Shown: piece after piece, positions 1 to 14,102 of the stretch | How the letters are laid out: each line of letters opens with the position of its first letter | Position numbering within the stretch: position 1 is the stretch's first letter | DNA from: Paramecium tetraurelia | Lineage: Eukaryota | Assembly: GCA_000165425.1 (NCBI GenBank) | Contig: CT868015.1 | Span: 1-64,000 of the forward strand | DNA length: 64,000 nucleotides | Direction: 5' to 3' | Translations under genes and position numbers: made by a program | Notes under the pieces: generated by a model | What the model saw: only the letters and a program-made list of their open reading frames with translations | What the model was told of the DNA's origin: nothing | Database searches by the model: none

Positions 1-3000
1 GGTGGGGCAAAGCGCTAGGTTATAGCCTACCTATCCGTATATCCTGAAAGATTAAAACAATCACTTTATTTTAATGTTGATGGATCAGTTGCTGTACATA
101 TTCCATTAATCATAGAACATATCTATTATGATTATTTATCCCAATTAAAGAATCTTGAACAAGTTCCACTCACTTGATTATATGTACCACATGTATGACT
201 TGTACATATACTTGTAATACTAGAACTAGCTGGACTCCATGAACATCTATCTTATGCAGCTACACAAGCAGTTTAATCATTATTTGCAGATGAACATGAA
301 TTCATTAAAGTACAAGTTCCACTATCAGCTACAGCCTATGCAGAAGTTGATTATGTAAATACACAGAGTCCATCTAATCCACCAAAATTACAAGCTGTTT
401 TAGTTGTGTAAGTTGAACATTTAGCCTTTGGGATACAAATAGGTTACCATTTGAAATGCAAGATGGTAAAGCAGCTTAACAAACACTAATGGATGTTCCA
501 TTTTGAATATCAGCACAAGAAAGTAATCTACATTTGGCTGTATTATTATTAGTAGTAGAACCAACCTCCCAAAAGCAAATTCCATCATTTCCAACAGCTG
601 TTGAACAAATAATTTAGGTTGAATAACTAGAACAATTTGTTTTAAGTAAACATTTAGTACCATCTGAAGTACAGGTTGATAATTAAGAATTACAAATTGA
701 ATGAGTAACACCATTCAAATCAGAGCAAATTTAATCTCTACAAACACTTTTACTCATATCCCAAGTACAAACACCTGTTGAAGTTATAACACCAGATTCA
801 ACTACAGATCCTTTATCATCTAACTATACATCCTGGTTAAGATTAATATGTTGAACATGCACCTAAAGGAATGCAACCAGTAGTTCCATCTGTTGTACAT
901 TTTTTATTAGCAATTTAACAATCTTTATGAGTTGCATAAAAGGCATCTGCACATGATTTAAATGGTTTACAAATCTTAGGATCAGAAGAATTTAAAGCAG
1001 GAACAGATTAAATGCAAGATCCATCATATCCTGTAGCACATCCACCATCAACATTTGTCTCAGTGCATAATGTAATTCCAATACAATTAGTTCCATTAGT
1101 TGTACATTTATTACTTATCAATTTACAAGATTCATCATTATTCCAAGCTAAACTCTTGCATGATGTATAAGCAAAACAAGCTCCTTTTGACCCATCACTA
1201 GTGGCAAACTTCTCAATCCATAAACATGGCCCATTTGTGCCTTCAATACAAGCTTCTCTAATAGTAGTTAATTCACAACTTTAAACTCTAGCACATCTAC
1301 CATTTTGGTCCAGCAGTACATCCTTATCCTTTAAGTCTAACAAATGGTGTGAGTTGTTCCTATAAAATCTTAACAGTCTTTATCTCTACATTTATTTAAT
1401 GTATAATCCCATGCACATATTGTACCATTTAATGCAGTTATACAAGCAGCATTTACAGAGGCAGCAGAACAACTTGATTTAGCAACACACCCTCCTCCAC
1501 TTTTAGTTGTACAATTTGTAAAATACTTTCCACAATCTACATCAGTCTATAAACTAATTGGGGCAGTATTACAAGTTTTAATTGTACAATATGCTGCAGT
1601 AGTTACAACATTTTAAGAATCTACAACATCTGGTATCCATTCACAAGATTATCCAGTAGAAGATACAACACATCCTGCTTTGTTTTAAGCTTAAACACAT
1701 GTTCCTCTGGCTACACAATTAATACCGTTTGTTGTACATGTAGATAACGCATAACTACATTGTTCATCTGTTGTTAAAACATAATCTTCACATATTTTAA
1801 TTTTGCATTTTATAACATCTATTGTACATCCATATAAATAGTTATTACATTATTCAGCTGTAGCTGTTTCTTCGGGTGCATTTTCACAAGTCTTAGTAAT
1901 ACAATCTGTTCCAGTCCAGTAACAGAGCTGTCCAGTACTATTGTAATAACATTATTTCTAATTCATTAATTCACAAATCTCTGGAATATCTATACAACCT
2001 TATCCATCTGATGAAACTGTACATTTATTGTTGAAATAGGCTTTACATTTTGCATCATCATCAAATTCTGATGTTGCAGGAGCAGTAGAACAAGATTTAT
2101 CATTACATTCTTTTCCATTCCATCCACAAGGATCTCCAAAATCATTTATTTTGCATTACTCAATATCAATATAAGTAGAACAGCCAGCAGTTTATTAACA
2201 TCCTCTTAAAATTGGTTATCCACCATTAGCACCTGGACTAGCATACACTGTACATTTGATACTTTGTGTATTATAATAATTGAAGCAGTCATTGTGAGTT
2301 AATGTTGAAGTAGGAGCAGTTGTACATGACTTATCCTAACAAGCAGGTTCAGGTAAACTACTATTTGTATTCCAAACACAATCTAATCCACTTGCATTAG
2401 TTATGCATTAATCTTTAATAGTATATGAACTACATGGTCCTCTTGCCATGCAACCTGGAACAGCTACTTTATTAAGTGCTCTTACTGTACAACCTAGATT
2501 CGAATCAACTGCAAAGCATTTAGCATGAGTATTATATAAATTTGAAACTTCTATGATTTGACAGACAAGCCAAATCAACACATGTCTTAACAGATGGATT
2601 CCAGAAACATTTTTTATCATTCATATCTAATTTACATTATAATGACGATTTATATAATGAACAAGCAGTTCTAACTTGACATCCACCTGCTCTTGCAACT
2701 GTACAAGCCTATGAATAATTAGAACATTCTGTATCATCATCATGAGAAGCATCTGATGGAGCTGTATCACATCCTTTTCTAATACAAATAGAATTAAACA
2801 CTAAACACACTCCCTCTATTGCATTTAGACATTAAGTAGATGATTAATCTGAACATTTTGCAGTCATGATAGTGCAACCATTATTAGTCTAATTTAGCTG
2901 TACAAGTTTTCAACCAAGAATAACAATTATCATGATTAAATGTAAAACCTGTGGCATTTGCACAAGTTCTAGCCATACATCCTGTACTTCCATTTACAGT

Positions 3001-6000
3001 ACATCCAGCTTTGATTGCACTACAATTATCATGAGTATAATTGTCTGTTCCTAAAAATACTGTTTCACAGGTAGATACACTTAAGGCGGGCACACATGCT
3101 TAATCATTACTAGTGGATGCAATACATAATCCTTCTCCTGCTTGATAGCAATTAGTCATATTAGTTGTATATCCAGAACATTATGCTGCTTTTTGAACAC
3201 AAGCAGTCTTAGCTCTATTAACACTGCATCCCAAATTATATGATTAACATATTTCATAAGTTAATGATACACCTGTAATCTTAGCACAATCAGTAGAAAC
3301 ATTTAAAATAGTAATGCAAGTATTTGAATTATAGAGGTAGCATTTCACATTTATGGATTAAGTACATGATTCAGTTGTTCCTGAATACTACTCGCAAGTT
3401 GATTTATAATCTTAACATGAAGTGCCATCACTTAATGAGGTGCAGCCTTTGTTATAAGAGAAACATATATTATGATTCAGATCAGCCCCAGTAATTGCAC
3501 TACAAGTAGTACCTGTTATTTGGTAGCAAGAATTTTCATACCATAAACAGGAAGTACCATTAGCCAAAGCAACACATGAGTTCTAAGTTGTATAATTTTT
3601 ACAATCTGTCTAGGAGTGTTAACATCCAGTACCATCCTTTAAATTAACACATTCACTATTATATAATTGGCACGTTGCAAGGTTGAGTCCTGTCTTTCCA
3701 TTAACTAAGTTGCATTAAGTGGAAGGATCTGATATAAAAAGGCAAATTGATGCTGCCATCCCATACGCAATCTGGTGAGCAATTTTCTTTCAAAGTATAT
3801 TCTGAACAATTTGATTTCTTTTCTTAGCAAGCAGATCCTGAGTAGTTAACTGTGCAATCAGGATTATATAAAGCACATAGATCGTCAGTCAAATTTGTAC
3901 CAGTTACATAAGCACAATCAGTAGAAGTATTGGTGACAGAGATGCATGTAGAATGCCAGACACAATTACTTTATGGTCCAAAATCTTGCGACCTAGTGCA
4001 ATTCTCGCTTTTTGTATAATCTGCACAAGTGTTTTTCATTTCTTAACAAGAGGTTCCTGCTTTATTTACTGTACATCCATTGTTATAAGAGACACAAATA
4101 TCATGAGTTAAATTTGTTCCAACTACATATACACAGTCAGTAGTTGCATCACTAACAGAAATACAACTAGTTTTCCAAATGCATTTTGAACTTGAGGAAA
4201 CAGAACATGTATCCTGATTTTGGTAATCTGTACATGCTCCTTTTTTATCTTAACAAGCAGTCCCAGCTTTATTTGATGTGCAGATAGAGTTATACCCAGA
4301 GCAATCGGAATCACTCAAACCTGAAGATGCAGTAATAGCTGCACACTCAGTTAATAATTCTCTTGCAGCAACACAATTAGAATTGAGAAAAAGACATACA
4401 TTGAAAGGAGATGCAGCAGCTGAATATGTGCAACTGTCTTCTGTTGTATAATTCGCGCAAACTGCTTTTCTTTCTTGACAGCCAGATTAATCTGCTTTGA
4501 CTGTGCAACCACTATGAAAAGATACACAAGTAGCATCACTAAATTACTCATAATTAGGTCTTGATCTTTGTACAATAAGTAGCAGGATCTGTTACTGGTG
4601 TGCATTTTGTATCGCTCCAAATACATCTAACCTTAGATTATGAATTTCCAGCATAACTACATTTCGACATCTCTGTGTATTGTAAACAACTTATTAGCAG
4701 TTCTTAACAAGCTCTTTTCTCAGCATCTGCAATGCAGCCAGCATTAAAAACAGCACAAAAAGCATCTGTTGTTATATAAGAGGGGTTTACAATTCCCACA
4801 TTCTAGGTATTGCATTAACTGGCAGATGTTATCTAATAGCATTAACCAGTATTGCTCCAACCACAGAGTCCAGCATTTCCATTAGTTAAAGTTCTAATGC
4901 ATTATTATCCTTCGTTATTATATTGTGCACAAGTAGATTTCATCTAATAACATGTCTACTTGCTTGTAGCGGGCCAGCATTCTTTGTGTAATCCATTGCA
5001 ATAATTACTAGTCAAACTAGAACCAGAAACTGAAGCACATTAACTAGGACTTGTGAAAAATATACATTTGCTATCTATCCAAGCACAATAACCGTCATTC
5101 AATGATTTATAACAATTTTTTGCTTCTGTGTATGAAGCACAATTTGATTGAATATATTGACATCCAGCTCCATTCATTAAAGGAATACAAGAAGCATGAT
5201 AACTAGCACATTATTCATCTGTTGCAAGAAGAGCAGATAGTATCTTAGCACATTGATTGGCAGGGTCTGTCACATAAGTGCAAACTGAACCTGTCCATAT
5301 ACAAAACCCTGCTGTACCAGAAGCTAGTGATTATTAGCAATCACCTTCAACATCATAATCTGAACAATTAGCCTTCTTTCCATAACAGCCGTTTCTCGTT
5401 AATTTTGTAGTACACAATGGATTAACTGAAGGGCAATAGCTCTCATTTATTTCAAATGCTTGAATGTGTTTACAAAGAGAACCAGATGTAAATGCTAAAC
5501 AATGTGAACCATCCCAAATACAATTTGCTGCTGTACCTGATGCTGAGGATGTTGTACAATAGTCTTCTGTGTACAGACTACATGAACCTTGTTTTATAAA
5601 GCATTCAGACCCATCTTTTTTGGCTGCAAAAGCCGGATTAAACTATGCACATCTTGCACTTGACATTTAATAGTCCTTAATAGATCCAGCAATTGTCACA
5701 AGGGATATCATTATACGACAACTTCCATTATTCCATATGCATTTTCCTGCTGTACCAGTCGCCTATGATAGAGTACATGAACTTTTAGTTGAATATAAAC
5801 TACATTAAGCTTTCTTCTCCTAGCAAGCAGTCTTTTCGTAATTTACAGTACAATTATTATTGTAAGTAGCGCATAATGAATCTGTCAAGTAAGTTCCAGT
5901 TATGTAGGAACAATGAGTAGCAACTACTGTAACAGCAAGACATTTTGTTCCACTCCAAACACATTAACTTGCTTTTAAGGCAGCTGCAGATACTGTGCAT

Positions 6001-9000
6001 TATTCTTGAGATGTGTATAAATCACATGTAGCTCTCCTATCTTAACACACTGTTTTTTATTTATTTACTGTACAATCAGCGTTATAGGAATTACATATCT
6101 AATGAGTAAGGTTTGTTCCAGTAATTGAAAAACAATTAGAAAAACGAATACAATCAGAACCATTTAGATAACATTTACCTTATTAAGAGACTGTGCAATT
6201 ATCAGTATTACCAGTATAAGAAGTGCAATTTGCTTTAAATTCTTAACACCCACTTCCATCACCTAAAGATGTACATGCAATATTAAATGCTTAGCATTTA
6301 GCATGATATATTCCTGATCCACTTACAAGTGCGCAATCAGACGCTGAACTCACTGATTAACAACTTGGTGGTGTGGCTTTATTCATGACACAATTTGCTT
6401 GTGTTCCAGTTGCATTAGATTTATAACAATTTACATCTGTTGTACCATATCCTGTACATGTAGATTAAATTACAATACAACCACTACCATCCTTTTTAAC
6501 CGAACAAGTTGGGTCTACATTTTAGCAATCTTAGAATGTCAATCCACTTCCAATTTTTAAAGTGCAATCTAATGTACATGCAGTTGAAGTACTAGCATTA
6601 GCTACATTGGTGCATCCCTATCTATAAGCTTTGCACATTTCTTGTGTTCCTTTAAATGTAGAACAAGCTCCTGTTGCAAAAGTTGACAATGAATAGCATA
6701 TTCCATTAATCCATTTACAATCATCTTAAACATTTAAATTTGATATAGTCTTATGACATTAACTAGAAGTTTTATAATTAGAACAAACTGGCTATTTTTA
6801 AACACACCCTTAACCTCCCACTTTTGCAATTATTGTACATGTTTCATTCTGAGTTTGATATTTAAGACATTCTTCATCTGAATCAAATAGATCAGAATCT
6901 GGAGTGTCATCACAAATCGCATTTCTACAAACTGTTCCTGTCCAATAACAATTCTTTTATGCAGATGTAATTTTGCAATTCTCTTAGATTTTATATGATG
7001 TACAAGTAGTGGCTAAGGGGTAAGCATGCTGTACTATCATCATTAACTGTACATTGATTGAATATGTTATAACAATCGTTATGTGTTGTTAATATTATAT
7101 TTGTACATATCTTTTCGACACAATTAGATCCATTCCAATAACAATCACCATTAGATTTAGATCTATCTTTACAATTTGAATGAACTAACTATGAACAACT
7201 TGTGGGCTTAATCATACATCCATCTTAACTATTATTTGAAATGCAAGGATATGATGTTTAAGTACAGCTATCTTGAGCATTATTTGTAATGCATATACTC
7301 AAGTAACTTTAACAATTATCAAATGTGAATTTTCCAATTGAAAGTGCTCCTGGTGAACCTGATAAATTTGCGGTTGTACAAGATTTTTCAACGCATTTGT
7401 TTTATAAAGAATCCCAAAAACAGGTTGGAAATGTTGCTCTTGTAATATTACAATTTTCAGATGATTTTCTAGAATCGCAAGTTTTAGGTAAATCTTAGCA
7501 TCCTTAAATAGTTGAGGTTCCATTTATTGTTATTGGATTATTAGCCACACAAGAAGATAAATAAGCTTGACAGTCTGAAGTTGTCGAAATAGTTTTGGGA
7601 GCAGTATTGCAGGCTTTATCAATACATTAAGATCCTGTCCAACCACAAGATTATTTATTAGCTTTTATTTTGCAAGCAGCTTCTATTGTAATTGCTTCAC
7701 ATTTTAGAGGTATTGTTACACATCCTTTTCCAGTGTTGCTTAATGTACAACTTGAATAATAAGTTTGACATTCAGAATGAGATGTTATTGAATTTGAAGC
7801 CATTGCACATTATTTCTTATAACACCTAGCTTTCCAGATACATATATTGTTGTTTAAATCTTTATCACAAATTGATAAAGTTAATGAATTCTCACATGTT
7901 TTTTCTACACATCCTGTATTTGTAGAATTCACAGTACATGTATTCAAAAAAGATTAACAAAGTTTCGTGATTATTATTACTAGAGGGAGCATTTGCACAA
8001 ATCCTATCTTTGCAACTTCCACTAGCAGCATGCCAAAAGCAAGGTTAGCCTAATGAATTTTTGATACAAGCAACTTCTATTGAGATAAGTGAACAAGTGG
8101 TGTTAATTGTACATCCACCTCCATTTTTGGTAATACATTTATTTGCAGGTAAATATGTTTCACATGCATCATTTGTATTCAATGTTATAGGAGCATTGTC
8201 ACATGTTCTCTTTTGACATCCTCCTCCTGATTAAACTGTACATGTTGATAAATAAGAAGTACATTAATCATGAGTAGTATTAGATTTTGGAGCATTTACA
8301 CATGTTTTTTCTTTACAAGTTGAATCCCATATACAATCAAAGTTATTGATGTTTTTAACACATGCGGTTGAAATATTAGCAGCTGAGCAATCTCCATTTA
8401 GAACACATCCTCCCCCTTACTTAGTTATGCATCCTTTTGAAAATGCAGCACAAGCTGAATTAGTTGTTAATGTAGTTGGTGCATTTGAACATATTTTATC
8501 CACACATGCAGTTCCAGTCCAATAACAATCTTCATTTTTACTATTTTTAATACAAGCGGCTGATATTGTAGCAGCTTAACAAGTAGTTCTAGTAATACAT
8601 CCACCATTAAGTTTTGTAGTACATGATCCATCAGTTTTGAATAATTTACAAGCATCGTCACTATTTAAAGTAGTAGGTGCATTATCACATATTCTATCTT
8701 TACATTATGTTCCATTCCAATAACATTCCATTTTCATTGATTAATCCCAAACACATTAAATTTCTAAACTTTAATCACTACAATTAATTCCACTATCAAT
8801 ACATCCACCTCCTGATTTTGCAGTACAACTTTGTATTTCATGTCTACAGGTCTTGGTATGGGGTTGGAATTTAATTGGTAATTTATCACAAGTATCAGCA
8901 TCAACACAATTATTATTTTTTGTATCCCAATAACAAAAATTATCTAATAAGTTTTTTACACAAGATTATTGTTTTTTATATTTGTCACAATTATCAATTT

Positions 9001-9397
9001 CAACACAATGAACTCCATCAGTAATACATTTATTACTAATAGCTTAACAATCTGAATCTGTTGTTTTGTTGAATACTGTGCAATCTGTAAAAAATGTACA
9101 CTATCCTTCGACCCAAGCACATGCAGAGTAAGATCCACAATTGCCACATGGTTTTTGTTTTGGACATTCCATTTCTTTAAAATTATCACAATATTTTGCA
9201 TAGTTTATGACTGGGTTAATTGTTGTATCCTAATTTTTACATGTATTCTTTGTACTATCCCATTAACATTTTATCATATCATTTTTTTAGCAATCTTCTT
9301 CTGAAAGCAATTAGGAACAATCACATTAAGAAATACTATACTATTAACTTGTTACAAGAGCGACCAATAAGGTCAGGATCAATACTTTAATATTCAT
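1..9397 (-). CDS. Large Cys-periodic Paramecium surface antigen (immobilization antigen family)-like protein, ~3,100 aa, 3' end outside the window, with ~10 frameshifts (sequencing errors or a young pseudogene)
   Basis: ATG at 9397 gives the signal-peptide-like MNIKVLILTLLVALVTSQQYSISQCDCSQLL. Dozens of Cys/Thr/Ser-rich periods follow (e.g. CYWNGTQCKDRICDNAPTTLNSDDAC; CSYITGTYLTDSLCATYNNNCTVN). I followed the frame line by line: shifts occur near 7964, 7018, 4550, 3755, 2894, 2558, 1324, 1304, 825 and 442, with no in-frame TGA between them and no introns needed. Confidence 0.9.
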
Positions 9398-10099
9398 AAA
9401 AGTAATTCATTATAATTTTATTATTTATTTTTGAATAAATCAATAATTTTATATTTTTGGCTTGTTTGAATACATATTTATTTTTCCAAACGCTTTGTAG
9501 CACAATTAAATATCAAAATCAACTCTCATCATTAATTAAATTAATGAACATTCTTGTCGTCGATACAATCCATGAGCAGGCTTCTAACTGTAAGTTAATG
9601 AGTTTCTTAATTGTAATCTCCAATCAAGATGCACTATCTTTAATTTTTGAATACTTTTCAAACTAGAAAGGAACTAAAACAATCAACCTATCCAAGTTGT
9701 ATACTCTTTGTGTTGTAATCATTCGCTTCTTGTATTTGAACTCTGAATTTCAACATTTCACCTGCTCAACAGCTAAATTTCTATTGTATCATATTTTACA
9801 TTTCATAAGTTGCTCTATTCTTGATATTAAGTCACAAACTTCTTGTCGCCTTCTTCTTCTTTAAGAGTTTGTTAGACAAATTGAGCTCCTCTTCATTTAG
9901 GTAAGAAAAATTTTTGAATTCCTAATTGCTCTAATGCTATTGTTTTTTTCTTAAATAAAAGATATATTATATCTGTACAAGTGTGAATGGATTGGTTAAG
10001 CGTTTCAATTACGGGAGAATAAAAGAAAAAAAGAGGAAGACAAAAGCGTATGATCTCTATTATTTTTTTATAATTTATAATTGAAGAATGTTTTGTTAA

Positions 10100-10700
10100 A
10101 TGCAAAAGGTACTAGACTGCCTTCAAGAGTTTAATCAAATGTAATTTCTTCATCAATTGACTAAGGTAATTTAGTTTTTATATTATAAGTAAATATTTAT
10201 GGCAGTTTTGTGGAGGTCTATGTGAAACTAAAATTGTGTCATTTCATCCTAATAAACTTTACTACAATAACAAGACATGCCAATTTAGAAGAATTCTATA
10301 CAAATAGAAAGGTTAATAGAAATATATTCGAATAAATGATGGATATAATTATGTAGAGGAATAAATTTAAAAAAAAATTGTTGCTAAATGGAGTAAATAA
10401 GTTAACTTAAAATAGAGGTAATCAAAAAGGAGAAAGAATAGTATGAATTATACATACAGCAATATAAATTAAATTATCAAAGCAATTACCAAGACATAAA
10501 ATAAAAAGAAATTTTAAATATCTTAAAAGACTAGAATAACTACTCAAAACTAGTAAAATTATGTTACAAGCATAACCAATCAATAAAACTTAAAATATTA
10601 ATAGTGATTTAAAAATGCGTTATATTAGTTTGAATAAAAAAGAAATTTACTTACATATATGAAGGACTTAGAGGAAGATCTCTGCATTTTTAAAGATTCA
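10100..10700 (+). pseudogene. Probable decayed gene remnant
   Basis: ATG CAA AAG GTA CTA GAC (MQKVLDCLQEFNQMQFLHQLTK), then a canonical-looking tiny intron (gtaatttagtttttatattataag), then an early TGA. Downstream A-rich coding-like frames cannot be joined. Confidence 0.3.
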
Positions 10701-12940
10701 GGAGTCCTTTAGTAAAAAAAAAATCAACCTCTATCTCTATTTATATAATATAAATTTTCTATTTTTAGTAATATATAATACTAAAATGATTGAAAAAAGT
10801 AAAATCTGAAAATGTTATAAAGATCATGTAATTAGTATAAATCAATATTTTAACTTAGTTAGTTATATTGATTTTTTTCAATGATAATAAAATGGATGTT
10901 AATGATACTAATAAGTACAAAAATACATTATTTCTTTAAAAATTTAAAACTATAATTTTTCCTTTTGAGTATTGTAAGTTGATGATACCTTGTATTTAAT
11001 ACCAAAATTAATATAATTTAGCTTTGTTGATTAAAATTATTTTTTTCAATTTAATATTTGTATTATAAGTTCCTCATTTTAAGGGATGCAAGAATGTAAG
11101 GTGTATAGAAACTCATTTTGTTTTACATAATTTGAGTTTAATAAATATATGTAGATCCTCATATTGTAGGGTTTTCATTTTATCAAGTTATTATAATTAA
11201 ATTTATTTTGTTAATATATTAATGAATCTACATTTATAAATGACTACTTTTTAAATATGATTAATTTTAGTTGTATCGTTTAAATATTTAGTTAGAGATT
11301 ATTAGATAACAATGATTTTGATGGTTTAAAATAATAGCGTGATTATGGAATGAGCAAACCAATTTATTTGTATAAAATTATCAATTTTTGTTTTTAAAAT
11401 AATTCTGATGAAATCTGAATTATTTTTATTTATTAAAATTATTTAAACATCTTTTATAAGATAAATAGAACAGATTATCATTTTATAAGTAACCAAGATC
11501 CTTTCATTTTGTTAATTCTTTTGAATTTGAAAGCTTGCACAACTTTTAGAAAATACTTTCCTTTATAAAAAAAAAAAAGTTAGAATTCATCCTTCGATAA
11601 GATAAAATTTTATTGAAAGAGAGAAGAAACTGTGATTATTATAGTAAAAAATTATTTAAGATAGGAGGAACCTTGTAAATATTTATAAATTGATCTTTAT
11701 TTTTATTGATTAAATAGAATTAAGTATGAAGACTCTTTTTTTTGAGTTAATTCTTCATCCATTTGATTTAAAATTGGTTGTAATAAATTCAAAATATGAG
11801 ATTTAATATTATGTAAATTTCTTTAAGATAATAGTGCTGAGTCTTAGCCTTATTTGTGAACTCAACATAGTCTTAAGGTTATTTTGATTTATTGATCGAA
11901 AAGTTGTTATCATTATGTGTTTACTTAATACTTAAAGGAAGAAGCGCAATTTGCTTTAGTTGGTGCTGTAAATAGTTTAAGTTTTAATACTAAGTTTAAT
12001 AATTTGCGCTAAATTGCTACTAAAATAATAATCATGCACAATATATTACTTAAATAATTGGACTTTTATCCTTCATAGATAAGTATGAATGTATCTTACT
12101 TGAATTGGATTTAGTTATTTTTATGATGCTTTTCTTAAACCTACTTAATAATTCTCCTTTGTAACAATGGACTTGATTTTGAATAATATTAATAAATTTG
12201 CTTTTTTTAAAAGGTGTACAAAAATGACAGAGATTTCTATAAAATATTGATAATTGTGACTAAAAGTTCTTAACTTTTAGCATAAATTTTGAATTTAGCA
12301 GTGACTATGCTACTAAAATTCACTCATAATAAAAAGATAAAATTAATGGAATTAGTCTTTACATTAAAGACTTCTAATTTAATATTAAGATATGTCATTT
12401 ATCGATTTTAATTCAATAGAGGTTTATGAGGATGTGACGAGTTTTCTGACTAGTAAAATAATCCTCCAATATTTAATTAAAACAATTAAGAAATATTAAA
12501 AAAATTAAAAATACAAAACAAAATTACAATATTAAAAAATTACAAATAAAAACAAAAGAAAAAATACCAATTTTATAAAAAAGGGCAGAAGTATTATATC
12601 TATAACATCTTTACATCTTTTGAAAGCTATAAATATACAGCAAAATTATATTGATTTATATATTGTTTATATTTAATAAACATAGATTTAATTGAAAAGA
12701 TCTTTAGTTCTAATAAATTAATCATGATATGAGACTCTAAATTCGATTGTAAATTATACTTTCAAATGATGTAAATAGCATTAAATAAAGATACTTCAAT
12801 TATTTTAGTGATGTTTAGTTAAGAAGAAGAAAAGAAAACTTCAAAATATACGAATAAGAAAAAATATATTCTCTAACATTAAAATATAGCGAAATTCAAA
12901 TTAATAATAAATTTATGTTTTAGGCATTTGTATTTTAGGC

Positions 12941-13441
12941 AAGTAATTGAACTAACTAATGGTATTAATGACCTAAAAAAATAATGGAAAGCATGTTAGG
13001 GCTGTTTATATTAAGGNNNNNNNNNNNNNNNNNNNNNNNNNNNNNNNNNNNNNNNNNNNNNNNNNNNNNNNNNNNNNNNNNNNNNNNNNNNNNNNNNNNN
13101 NNNNNNNNNNNNNNNNNNNNNNNNNNNNNNNNNNNNNNNNNNNNNNNNNNNNNNNNNNNNNNNNNNATTTTAATTGAACTTAAGTTCCATTGATTAATTT
13201 TCAGTTATTATTGTTTGATTTTTTGAAGTATTATTATCTTAGGATAATTTAATATTTGATTTCAAAAATGATTTACGTAATATAAAGAATGAATTCATAT
13301 CATAAATTTTATAAATAAATATAATAATATTCTCTAATAAATTGAAAAATTGTATAATACTAAAGTAATTGAACTAACTAATGGTATTAATGACCTAAAA
13401 AAATAATGGAAAGCATGTTTAAGATCTGTTTAATATTAAGG
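12941..13441 (+). repeat. ~76-bp direct repeat, one copy on each side of the gap (12941-13016 and 13363-13441)
   Basis: aagtaattgaactaactaatggtattaatgacctaaaaaaataatggaaagcatgtt is identical in both copies. The last ~20 nt differ by a few substitutions and indels. Confidence 0.9.
13017..13166. other. Assembly gap (150 N)
   Basis: Run of N characters. Confidence 1.
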
Positions 13442-14102
13442 TTATATGAAAAAGCGTTTGCAATGAATAACAATAAAAAATAGTAAAAAGTAAATGATAA
13501 TCTGTATTTTTGTAATAGAAGGAAATAGAAGATCTTTAAATTTGTCACAAAGGGTAACCATTCTGTGAAAACTATTTATTGAATAATTTAACTAAGGTTC
13601 ACAATTAGGATCTTATATGATAATATGTTAGAAATTATCTAGCATTTGAATCAAAGTATTGAATCCTTTTTATAGAATATGAGAATATTAGCATAAAATT
13701 TATAAAACAAGAGATGAGTGTAAGGGGAAATAGAATCATAATTCCAGGATAAAAGGGAAAGCGTCATCACTTTTAAATAATTAAAACTCCTCATACAATG
13801 AGGATAGGGTGCTGATATTTGATCCTCACTAAGAAAACAATGTATAATAGTAAAGGAGAAGATCAAGGGGTGAAAGATTAAAGTTGGAGCATTGATGATG
13901 TTGAAATAATCAAAGATTGATTAGATACTGTGAATAATCTGATTTTTTAATTTTAAATAAAGATTAATTATTTTGGGGGAGTGTTCATTTAATTGTGAAT
14001 GTTCGTGAGATTGAATTTCGAAGTATCTTAAGGAAGAAAAGAACATTCGATGAATTTCTAATATTGTAATTGGAAATTAATAATATAAATATCGTATAAT
14101 CA

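Noticed and set aside
4540..4565. Possible retained IES explaining a frameshift
   Set aside because: No TA-bounded segment of 26 bp or more with TAYAG-like inverted ends whose removal restores the Cys period. I found no convincing IES elsewhere either.
430..7970. Euplotes-style programmed +1 frameshifting in the antigen gene
   Set aside because: The shift sites share no AAA-stop motif, and TAA/TAG are sense codons here.
8850..8870. G-rich patch ggtatggggttgg resembling a telomeric repeat
   Set aside because: Only about one unit, and it lies in frame within the antigen gene.
12984..13193. ORF spanning the N run
   Set aside because: Artefact of translating through the assembly gap.
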